A stretch of DNA of 64,000 bases from positions 1,254,362 to 1,318,361 of the forward strand of contig NMRA01000007.1 of the NCBI GenBank assembly GCA_002633005.1. The letters run 5' to 3'. This DNA comes from Phoronis australis. Its lineage: Eukaryota > Animalia > Phoronida. Position 1 is the first letter of the stretch, and every line of letters begins with the position of its first letter. Positions 12,201-21,405 of the stretch are shown here, piece after piece. Under the pieces are notes generated by a model. The model ran no database searches and was not told the DNA's origin. It was given only the letters and a program-made list of their open reading frames with translations. The translations under genes were made by a program, and so were the position numbers.

Positions 12201-13627
12201 TTAAGAGCCAGTCGGGACTGGGCCACTTCTTTGAGAGTATGATACCTACATTAAGTCACCGTGGAAACAATGCTTCACCCCAGGATGATGAAAGCTGTGA
12301 GTTGTACTTTGAATTTTCACACCTTTTAAGCAGCAGTAAAAGATTCTCATTCTTCGAGAATTGCATTATTGTAATATTCAATTATTTTAGTTTGAAAAAG
12401 AGATTGCTAAAATTGTCATTGTGCGTGTTTGAAAGATGACTATCAATATGAGAAATTGAAAATTTATCACGATACCTTGTGCTGTCATTTTTCCATGTTT
12501 TTTTTAAATATGACTATATTGACACAAGAAATTATAAATTAACCACAATAGTTGTGCACAGTATAAACCATGATAACTTAAGAGTATGACATTTACTTTT
12601 GTTAAGAAATTTAATAAGAAAATATTTCACTTTAAGATTTAATGTACTAAGTGTTTCAAAAACTTGAACTACATAAACCCGTCTTCCGTCATAACTTTTG
12701 ATTAGGCTTAAGTTACGCCTACTAATAAAACTGGTCTCAGCTTGTTGCGTACTCAGATTGCAGGTGATTTCTGGGCTGGCAGGGGAAAAGTGGACAGTTT
12801 GTTATTGCTTAATATCAGGGTCAATAAATGGGCAAGTCATTTTATGCCCCTAGCATAGCCTCATGCGATAACGAATAACCAGTTCTTTCCTAACCCAAAA
12901 ATCTCTTCTCACTTGAGTGAGAAACAGGTTGAGACCAGGGCCCTGATTTTTGTACTTGAAACAAACTTGAAATTATTTTTGGCAATTTCACTGCTACTTT
13001 TGTGGGAACTCAAGATAAGTGGTTATTGGACTGTGCTCGAATACAATGTAGTTTACGCTTATGAGTTTCGAGTCCAAGTTTGCACTTGATGACCCTTATA
13101 TTCGTGCTACTCGAAATTTCAAGTTCAAACTCGAACTTTTAGCCTTAATGTTGGGTTTATCAACTGCAAACTAGGACGTAAGTCATTATGTACTCGAGCA
13201 TAGAATAATAGACACTTATCTTGAGTTCGCACAAAAGTAGAGTAGAAAATGCCAAACACAATTTCGAGTTCCATTTCAAGTAAAATGATTAGAACCCAGG
13301 CCCTGTTGTCTAACTGTAACTGATCTAAATGAAAAGTAATTTTTAACGGAAGACCATTTTATTACACATTTAATTAGTCATTTGACTGCGATTCTGACAC
13401 TGCAGATCTGCATTGAGTATTCTTTAATTGATGTGCTTTCAGTGTCTATGGGTGAAGGTGAACGTGACTGTGCAATATGTATGGATCGTGTTAGAGACTC
13501 CCTCTTGTGTCCATGTCATCACATGGTTACGTGCAACGAGTGCGCGAGACTGTTGTTAAATCGCAGGGACGGATGTCCTATATGCCGTAAGGATATAGCT
13601 GAAGTGATCAAGGTCTACCACTCATAG
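70..13627 (+). CDS. Gene 1 (5'-partial, 7 exons): degenerate 3-hydroxyacyl-CoA dehydrogenase NAD-binding domain fused to a C-terminal C3HC4 RING finger; putative E3 ubiquitin ligase
   Basis: Exons 70-206, 619-724, 5115-5209, 8722-8818, 11067-11165, 12186-12296, 13443-13627. All have AG/GT boundaries and the intron phases chain (0,1,0,1,1,1) into one frame of 276 aa: GEFAYHGHRVKVYD...AVRDAEFIIEVVHDDLPIKLDLFE...VIASNTLRL...RTLGLRFLFPVFCIPEVEI...LERMGK...CAICMDRVRDSLLCPCHHMVTCNECARLLLNRRDGCPICRKDIAEVIKVYHS*. Confidence 0.85.
619..724 (+). CDS. Gene 1 exon (3HCDH_N)
   Basis: acag acceptor, gtaagt donor; GQILCMSQLEEAVRDAEFIIEVVHDDLPIKLDLFE corresponds to the family motif L.EA..DAD.VIEAV.E.L..K..LF. 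Confidence 0.9.
860..2420 (+). mobile_element. 5'-truncated, decayed non-LTR retrotransposon (CR1/L2-group LINE) in a gene 1 intron
   Basis: RT motifs HQCGFR..HSTE, FLDFSKAFDTIDH, GVPQGSVL.PLLFLVYINDL, YADDT, FLGITVDKNLSW and YNSLVLPHLNYG; stop at 1313-1315 and frameshifts; AT-rich tail near 2380-2420. Confidence 0.92.
2478..4903. mobile_element. Non-autonomous Tc2/pogo-like DNA transposon, 2.4 kb
   Basis: TIRs CCGTAATCGTTCGGGTTAACGCCC and GGGCGTTAACCCGAATGATTACGG (1 mismatch); TA on both sides (2476-77, 4904-05); subterminal GGGTGGGCG(G/C)TTAA repeats; no transposase ORF. Confidence 0.85.
5115..5209 (+). CDS. Gene 1 exon (3HCDH_N, ASNT motif)
   Basis: ttttgccag acceptor, gtactg donor; RVSHLCSPDTVIASNTLRLDINEVVDRTSNKE. 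Confidence 0.88.
5225..5385. repeat. Low-complexity (TTCTA/TCTATT) simple repeat
   Basis: Degenerate tctatt/ttctct units just after the 5115-5209 exon. Confidence 0.6.
5590..6022. mobile_element. Fold-back MITE-like element: one copy with both arms plus an inverted partial copy carrying a tRNA-like segment
   Basis: About 85-bp arms at 5805-5890 and 5936-6022 are reverse complements; 5597-5680 is the reverse complement of 5899-5985; minus-strand A/B-box-like TGGCTCAGTTG and GGATTCGAGTC at about 5687-5731. Confidence 0.7.
6107..7667. mobile_element. MITE with GGCCAAAAAA TIRs, interrupted by a nested HINE element
   Basis: ta|GGCCAAAAAACAAAATTGGTT ... AACCAACTATGCTTTTTTGGCC|ta; related uninterrupted copy at 16238-16683. 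Confidence 0.6.
6208..7494 (+). mobile_element. Helentron-associated non-autonomous element (HINE/CvA-like) with internal tandem repeats
   Basis: T-run start, subterminal inverted repeats ATGCGCCCGCATAT and ATTTGTGGGCGCAT, (GTCC)n-like tract, about 145-bp internal repeats, 3' hairpin CAACGC-TCC-GCGTTG then CTCTTGTTTT. Confidence 0.8.
8722..8818 (+). CDS. Gene 1 exon (degenerate catalytic segment)
   Basis: cttttccag acceptor, gtaaga donor; RTLGLRFLFPVFCIPEVEITPSKYTSATTIEK aligns with the family segment RFxGxHFFNPVxxMxLVEI. Confidence 0.88.
8851..9251. mobile_element. PIF/Harbinger-like MITE, copy 1
   Basis: About 30-bp TIRs GGCCCGGTCTCTAATCTTTGTACTCGAAA and TTTCGAGTAAAAAGATTGGAGACCGGGCC; CAG target duplication (8848-50, 9252-54). 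Confidence 0.85.
10435..10530 (+). repeat. Retroposon 3'-end-like dispersed repeat
   Basis: GAGGGCCCCCATGGAAAGCAGTG..ACTGATGGGGCTACC..CATTGTAAATATT plus an AT-rich tail; inverted copy at 60543-60610. Confidence 0.6.
11067..11165 (+). CDS. Gene 1 exon (end of NAD-binding domain plus linker)
   Basis: ttgcag acceptor, gtaagt donor; VRKLLERMGKTLFFRSGGEPLILTEEQREARKF. Confidence 0.85.
12186..12296 (+). CDS. Gene 1 exon (linker)
   Basis: tttgtag acceptor, gtgagt donor; ARLEQIKSQSGLGHFFESMIPTLSHRGNNASPQDDES, phase 1 at both ends. Confidence 0.8.
12939..13302. mobile_element. PIF/Harbinger-like MITE, copy 2
   Basis: Colinear with 8851-9251 (for example TAGAATAATAGACACTTATCTTGAGTTCGC); CAG and CTG flanks. 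Confidence 0.8.
13443..13627 (+). CDS. Gene 1 terminal exon, C3HC4 RING finger
   Basis: ctttcag acceptor; C-x2-C-x11-C-x-H-x3-C-x2-C-x10-C-x2-C followed by R and the tail IKVYHS*. Confidence 0.92.
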
Positions 13628-13839
13628 CTCGAGTAGGACGGACTTTTCTTCGTCTATAATGCCAGTCGTGTTTTGAGTAGAAAACCTTCAATTGGCTTCG
13701 CCGCCAGTTGTGGCCAGAAGATTCTGAGAGAGATAAAACTAGTGGCCGGGATCTACGTATTTTTGATATTTTCCATTCTACTTTTGCACGAAGTCACAAT
13801 AAATATCTTTCATTCTGCACTCAAGTATACTATGGTTAA

Positions 13840-14106
13840 TGCAGATGAGTGCGTAGTCCAAGTTTGCACTGATCCACAGATTCGAGCTACAACCTCGAGA
13901 TTCTGAGTTAAAACTCAAAATTTTAAGTTCAGCTTCATAACTTATAAATTTAATGCTGAGGTCATCAAGTGCAAAAGAGGGTTAGACATTCAATCACGCA
14001 GACTATACTACACTCAAGCACAGAATGATAGACAGTAATATTGAGTTGCTTCTAAAGTAGAACAGAAAATGTCAAGAATAGGCAAAAAGGTTAGATTCTG
14101 GACCCA
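13840..14106. mobile_element. Degenerate partial copy 3 of the Harbinger-like MITE, in the gene 1 3' region
   Basis: Diverged matches to the 3' two-thirds of 8851-9251, ending GATTCTGGACCCAG. Confidence 0.55.
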
Positions 14107-16100
14107 GTTGTGAGTTTCATAGCAGGAGGCTTTCTCGCTAGTCGGTGCGTGATCAGGCAAAATCACACGACAGAAAGGCATGCGTTTTACCACCTTACTA
14201 GCTTATACTACCAAAATGGCCACCACTTAAGTGATCAGTTGGCTAGGGTGGAATGTTGAATTGAGGAGAAACCTGTCAGCACGCGGTCGTAGACTATTTC
14301 TATTCCATAACCCCAGATTTCTTGTGCAAGCATCTCGCATGTGTCATTACGGAATGCGTCCCTGGCCCGCAGGATAACATAATGTGCCCCGTGATGTTAG
14401 CAGCAGTTGATGTGACTGACAAAGGCATAAATTAATAAGGTAAATGGAATCCATTATGACTCGCACTGAAAGACCATTATTTGATGATTGTACCTATTTA
14501 TTTCCGTGGATCCGACAAACTGCTAGTCAAGTTCCACTTGTTGTTAACTTGGATCTGTTTCATGAAAAGTTACTTTAGGTTTAATGTCCTGCTTGCTTGC
14601 ATGCTTTTCACTGTTTGCGAGTGTAGTGAAAGTATACAACAAGAAGACACTGATAACTGAAAGTATATTGTGATTAACCCATAGATTAGTTGGTTAAATT
14701 TTCAAGATTATTTCTGTTAGTACGCTGTGTTGTTATGCCGCCAACAGTGCTGAACCTTAATGGGCCTTATCTCCCCTGTTTGCTGATTGGGCATTACAAG
14801 TCAACATATTGAGAAAATCGCCCTGTTTGAATGAGAACATTTTGGATGAATAGGCGCGATATGTTGTTAAAGATGAACACTGACATGATAGATGGAATTC
14901 AAGGGAATTTGGTAAACTGCTACCAGATAACACACACTTGGCTTCTGGTAATGTGGCAGGAGACCACATGGTAAACTTCATGTCTGCCTAGCATATTTGT
15001 TAGTTGTAGTTCAATTAGACTATAACATAGTAAAAAATTCATTAAATTGTAAACTTCAATATTTCTTCATCAAAGTGACTTGATCTATTAGCAATTTCGT
15101 GGAAAATTTGCTGAATAGAGAATAAAATGTAAGTGCGTACACTATTTTTTTTGAAATAGTTGTGTGGACCGTAATATCAATTTGTTTTTTAAGTTACTTT
15201 TCACGAAACAAATCGCTGAGATTTATGCATGTGTCTTTGTGTAATATGTTAACATGTTAACACGGTGACGTCATCTGTGGTATGTTTCACAAAGATTGTG
15301 ATGATTTTTGTCTTGACAATGTTGTCCCATCGAAACAGGAATCTTCTTTTGACCATATTCATTCTTTGTAAAGTGACATTCAGCCGGTAAAAATTCTCCA
15401 TTGTAGGACAATGAAAAATTGAATAGGTCAGAGCTTGTCCCAAATTCTTGAAATAGGCAATATTAGCCGTTCCAAATTTAAAAATTACGGGAAAGGGACA
15501 GCAAAGTTATCCTCTCTCCTGTACACATTGAAAACGCGTCCAAAATTTGAGAAATACGGTGAACGCCTAAATTGCCCTTGTCCCAAATTTCATGATAAAG
15601 AAAATTCAATTTTTGCATTTTTGCGGGAATTTCCATGTCCCAAATTCTAGAGATAGTTCCAAACTGTAGAATAATTACCGTAGATGTTTTGAAAGTGATT
15701 TTCAACAGTCAGGTAAGACCTTAATTCCTCATTTCTATTGTTTCTGTTAGTCACAGTCTGTCCAAAGGGTACTCTTATTGGCTAGCTACATGGGAATGTG
15801 CCGTATGTTTGTTTGATATATGCTATGGAAAACTACAGTAGATTCACAATTGCCAAAAAAGCAAATAGACTGGTTCATATTTTGCTTTTAAGACCTGGAC
15901 GGGCTGGATAGGTAAAGTTAGACAAAAACTAATACTAAATAGTAAGTTAGTATTTCAAATAACTAGCAGATAGCCCCTGTCCAAAACTGAATTTAGCCAT
16001 GCAATCACATGGATTGTTAGGAATTGTATCTGAGAGTTTTACGTCTTGTGGTTTTTGTCCAAGGAATATCTTATTTTTTATTGTTTACTTTTATTTGTTT

Positions 16101-16106
16101 AATAAA
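16101..16106 (+). terminator. Candidate polyadenylation signal of gene 1
   Basis: AATAAA after a T-rich tract and followed by GT-rich sequence, about 2.5 kb downstream of the stop. Confidence 0.35.
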
Positions 16107-16237
16107 GGATTTTATTCTGTGTGGACTTTTGGTGCTTGTGATTTGCAGTTTGATTCGCTTGTAATTCATAAGTTTTGAAGTACTTGTTTGCTTGAACAGT
16201 ATGCTTTACAATTTGGTCTTGACATACAGGAATTTTA

Positions 16238-16683
16238 GGCTAAAAACCTTATTTGGTTCTGGTCCACACTATGTTTTATCATCATTACTTAAATAGAAGT
16301 GCATGCCTAGCTGTATCATCGTCCCTGAAAGATTTCTTCCTTTTCAAAAACCTCACAAACGCATTCGTGTTAGTTTTTAAATGAAATGGTTGTCAGGCAG
16401 TGTTTGTAACCGAGTTTCTTAAAAGTAACTATGAATCAGTGTTGAATGAAGGTTTCCTTGAAGTGGGGGACATGGCAAATATAAGTTCCCATGGGTCGGC
16501 ACCTGTAGTCAACTATACCAAAGAATGGTTTGGACTGAATGTCATAACCAGTCCCACAACAGTTTAGATTATATAATAAAATGGTGAATTTTTGTTTTTG
16601 AGAAAACAAACAACTAAAAACACTACAAACCCATATCAGTTTTCAAAACAGCCAACCAGAACCAAATAATGCTTTCTGTGGCC
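16238..16683. mobile_element. MITE related to 6107-7667
   Basis: TIR-like ends GGCTAAAAACCTTATTTGGTTCTGG and CCAGAACCAAATAATGCTTTCTGTGGCC. Confidence 0.55.
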
Positions 16684-17162
16684 ATAACAAAGATTGTGAT
16701 TTGTCTGGCAAACTCTTGCTCAAAGGCTCCCTTTGAGCCGATGAAGTTAATAATTTTTACGTGAAATCTGGATCACATCTGGCAGACATTGAGAAACCTA
16801 TAACGTTACTTGGTGAAATGTTATAATTGCTATGAAGCGAGTTTTCTTGCTTGCTTGTTTGTTTCTTGTTGTTTTTTTTTTGTTTACATGATACAGGCTG
16901 CATTTCATTTTCAATTGACCAGAAATTTACACACAACATGTTACTCCTCAATAGCTGGATGCCAATTGTCTTTGCTCGAAGACGAACACAAAATGGCACT
17001 GCAAAGGCCTTTCTTTCAATTTGCAGAGCTCTAACCCCTGGGTATTTTGAGGTTTTCTTCTGAAATTTGGTATGTAGATAGATATTAGTTCTCCTCAAGT
17101 GCTATCTGAAGTATGTCATCTATTTCTATGACTTACTGTTTTTGAGATTTTCTTGTGACTGC

Positions 17163-18344
17163 TTTTTATGTGCCCATATATTTATATGCCGTCGTCTCTG
17201 GGTGTCCGGCTTCCGTGGCTATATCTCCTAAATCCCTTGAGGATGTTATTGAAATTTGGCAGGTGTGTTCCTATGGGGTTGACAACAGAGGGCAATGAGT
17301 TTGGGAGCGACCCGAATACCCTTGTGCCCCTAGTAGCAATTTACCTCTGTATCTTCAAAGGTCCTCAACCAATTTCCATGAAATTTGGCACATAGGCATC
17401 TATATTCTCCTGTTTTTGGGTGGATCGAGGCATTTTGTGCCATCTAGTGGCTATTTTTACAATTTTCGAATTGGTTTTTGGCATCCCCTCCTCTGTCAAC
17501 CAAACCACGCTAAGGATGATTGCGAAAATTGGCATGTATGTTCTTACTATGAAGAGGACGGTCGACGATGATTTTCCGACGACTTCAACTATTGTGGCGC
17601 CTCTAAGTGTCACTTTTGTTTATTTTTGCGCCCATGGCTGTATCTCACAATTGCTCTTCAGGATCTTTATTAAATGTAGCAAATGTATTTATATGAAGTT
17701 GACAGCCGGCGATGACGACTTTCGGACAGATCGGACTACCGGTGTGCCATGACGAATTTTCATGAAATTTGATAAATAGCTTTCATTTAAAGAAACAATG
17801 ACATTTCCCAGTTTGCAGATGGATTCGACATATTTTGCGCTTTCTAGTGGCCATTTTTACTGTTTTCTAGTCTGCTTTTGGCGTCCACCCTCTGTCAACC
17901 AAACCACTCTTAGGATGATTGTGAAAATTGGCTTATATATTGTTAGAGTGAAGAGGACAATTAACAATGATTTTCCGACTTCAATTACTGTGACGTCTCC
18001 TAGTGGCATTTTTTGCTCCCTTAGTTGTATCTGCTAAGCTCTCTGCTAGTGTATTTATAAGACATTGACAACGGAAGACAACAACTTTCAGACGGATCCG
18101 ACGAACACTTTATCCCCTAGTGGCAATTTCATTTTTTCCGTTTTGCTCTCTTTCTCTTAAGTTTCTTGATGGGTTTTCATGAAATGTGGTAAATAACTTT
18201 CTGTTAAAAAATGGTGACATTTTCCCATTTTTTGACGGATTTGAGGTATTTTGCACTATCTAGTGGCCATTTTTATGATACAAATAAACACCCTAGAGGC
18301 AGTGCATTTGTGGGTGCATTTCAACACTCGGTGTTGCTCTTGTT
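17163..18344 (+). mobile_element. HINE-like element, copy 2
   Basis: Colinear with 6208-7494; same TTTTTATGTGCCC start and CAACAC-TCG-GTGTTG-CTCTTGTT end. Confidence 0.8.
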
Positions 18345-18791
18345 TATTGAATGATTTCTTGTAGTTTTTTCTTGGAACTTGGTCTTGATCTCATGAAGAA
18401 TTACCAGAAATACATCAGTCCTTTCTCACTCATATTTCTTGTTGTTGAGTTGTTTGAGATTTGCTGATGGCTAAGGTTCAATCCTGGTGAATTTCTCAGG
18501 CTTCAGTGCAGTTGTTGTTTCAGGGGTCAAGAACAACATGCCAGGGTTATGGACCTTTCCTGTAATTCCCTCAACTGATAGACATGAAATTTACACATAA
18601 CCTGTAACTCAATAGCTCCAGGCCTGTTAGTGGCGCAAGGTGGCACTGTCAATTTCCTGACATCTAGCTCCGGCTGGTCCTTTGACGGATTCTTATGGAG
18701 TTCTCACTGCAACATTCGCTACAATATTCTTGGGTTTATCAAGCTTTTCTGATGATAGTTCTTTTGTTGATTGTTCATTTTTCGCTTTCTG

Positions 18792-19050
18792 ATCGTTTTC
18801 AGGTCAATATTCTATCATGATGATGTAGGTCATATTGTCGTTTTCAGGTCAATATTCTATCATGATGATGTAGATCATATTGTCGTTTTCAGGTCAATAT
18901 TCTATCATGATGATGTAGGTCATATTGTCGTTTTCAGGTCAATATTCTATCATGATGATGTAGATCATATTGTCAATATTCTATCATGATGATGTAGATC
19001 ATATTGTCAATATTCTATCATGATGATGTAGGTCATATTGTCGTTTTCAG
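18792..19050. repeat. 45-bp minisatellite
   Basis: Unit GTCGTTTTCAGGTCAATATTCTATCATGATGATGTAG(G/A)TCATATT x4, then two 34-bp truncated units. Confidence 0.95.
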
Positions 19051-19154
19051 CGTCATTTTTAGTGTCACTAGCCTAATCATCCTTAGTTCTGTTGTTGTCA
19101 TTGGCATTTTGCGATACGCTGAATATCAGTGGCAATGCTGATGTTGGCATTGTA

Positions 19155-19365
19155 GGAGATCGTGTGGCTCAGTGGTTTAAGCTCGGGACTAAAGATTGGG
19201 AGACCCGGGTTCAAATCCTGACTTTACTGGTAGGCAATTGAGCATTGCACAAAGGTGCCTCCTACTCCTCCGAGCTCGGTCTTACTAGTGAATGTTTGTG
19301 AGCGAATGAATGAGAACTTGGATATAATGCGAAAGCGATTTCTGGGGCTGTGCTCGTATTTTTAT
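19155..19365 (+). mobile_element. tRNA-derived SINE
   Basis: Pol III A box TGGCTCAGTGG (19165-75) and B box GGTTCAAATCC (19208-18), followed by a non-tRNA body; 3' boundary approximate. Confidence 0.7.
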
Positions 19366-20029
19366 GTTGACATTGTTGGTTTTGATCAGATCATGGTGGT
19401 TTTATGTCAGCAATATCTATATTTGAGGCTTTGCAATTATTGCGTTTTCATCCATGTTGAATTTCAACTTGAACGCAATAGTGTCGTCATAGTCAATGCT
19501 ATTGTTGGTGTATGTGGTGTCGCTACCTTCGTATTCAAATTCAAAGAAAACAAAAAAAATATCAATTTCCAGAACAACCACAGGCCAGTGCTCCATGTAT
19601 TTTGCATCTTTAAAATTAGGCAAGATTCGTCAGGAAGTCTTGCTCAAATGCTTCCGTAGAGCAGTCTGAAGAAGAATTCAATTTTTACATAGAATTTGGA
19701 TTTTTGATTCTTCCTTTCTGAGATTTCCAATAGTACTCGATGTAGATGAATTTTGAAAGCGTCATGTTGTACTGTAAAAAATTTCAAACTCTGAAGTAAA
19801 TTTTTGGGATGAATGTGTAGCTGCAATTTGGAAACAATAAAATACTTCAGTATTATAGCTGGGTAAAACGTCTAAAATGGTTTTCATATAAAAATTGTTT
19901 ATAAGGTGCTGTATATGACTTCTAGTTCGACGTTATTAATATGCTTTGCGACCACTTCTAATTATGGTAAAATAACGTCCTTTATGCTCAAGTTATCAGA
20001 TGAATTGCAAAACGTGTTTTGTTAATAAC

Positions 20030-20036
20030 TTTTATT
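20030..20036 (-). terminator. Candidate polyadenylation signal of gene 2
   Basis: TTTATT on + (AATAAA on -) about 1.4 kb past the stop, at the end of a minus-strand U-rich UTR-like tract. Confidence 0.45.
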
Positions 20037-21405
20037 TGTATAATACAACAAAATACAATGTAATATTCATAACCAGAAATATATAGCTTTTGTTAACTAT
20101 TTTACAATATTTATGCTTAACAATAGCCTCCACCTTGTGTTCCTAAAGGAATGTTTTTTCATTTTGTGAGCAGAAATTACATTTTCTATTCTCAGAACCA
20201 ATAATATCCTCTTGAATGCATTTTTGAAGGAAGATAGTTTCAACCATTGATAATTCAAAGATTTAATACGTAATTATCATAGACAACACAAATGAAGTTG
20301 TGTTCTGTATAATTTTACCGATATTCACTATTTGTACTGAAAGCTACATATATGTGTGTTTTCTTTTTTTCTCATTATGAGAATTCTCTGAAACACATTC
20401 TGTTTTGATATTCTCATTCATAGTTATGGCTTTCATTTGATTTCACCTTATTTTCACTTAATAATATAATACTATTATAGTAACCCGTACTACAAATACG
20501 CAGAACACAAATCTACAACCTTTGTGTTAACTACTACTCAGAGGAATTTTTACAATCCATAAGATGTCAACAAAATAATTACCAAGGGACTAAAATCACC
20601 ATTCCCTACATTCATACACGATTTTCATGATCTTTGATCTGTACAAGTTTTGAATACCATAGTAACTTCTTGCTAATTTTGGCAATTTTATGAAAACTTG
20701 CGAACTACGAGATAAGTTATGTAAGATAAGTATAACTACTCTACAACCATTTCATTCGGCAGAATTCATTTACAGCCGTGATAACTTACAAATGGATCAT
20801 ACAATATTACACGGGTTTACAATATTACACGGGTTTACAAATTTTAAGGACAACTATCTTCATCGTTAAATCTCCATGTTGTGGTAAAAGCTCACTAATT
20901 TATGACAAAAATAATCGCCAAAACTGATCTTTTTTCAAAGGTTTCTAACGTTGCAATGAATTCCCACAAATTCTTGTGTAATGGCAGTTGTGAGGCAGAC
21001 AAGTTAAAAATGACAAAGCATTGATTTGGTGCCATGTATCTTAAAATGAAAACATAAATTTTCACTTGTCTGGCATATTGTGTCTTAAATTGGCGAGATT
21101 TTATCAGATGTTTATATTTCCTTTTACATACATGGGTTTGTCAACTTTGACATTGATGATACTACATAGGGGTAACTCCTGCTGTAGTTTATGAAGGAAA
21201 GTAACCTCTGGTCTTATCCATTGCTTGATGTCCATTTAGGATCCGTATCTGTCAACACAATCGTTGATGCTCACACCACATGCTAAGTAGGTAAAGGTGC
21301 AACTATGCATTCGACTCAAAAGCAAAACATTTTTACCCAGACTCAATAGCGGTGATCATATTTTCAGCTTGATTGCTTGCATGGTCGCTCGCAAACCGTC
21401 AAAGT

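Noticed and set aside
18771-18989. 72-aa repeat ORF (VFRSIFYHDDV) and CRISPR-like appearance
   Set aside because: It is the translation of a 45-bp minisatellite; no spacers, no cas genes, eukaryotic context.
19155-19230. Possible tRNA gene
   Set aside because: A and B boxes are present but no convincing acceptor stem; it continues into a SINE-like body.
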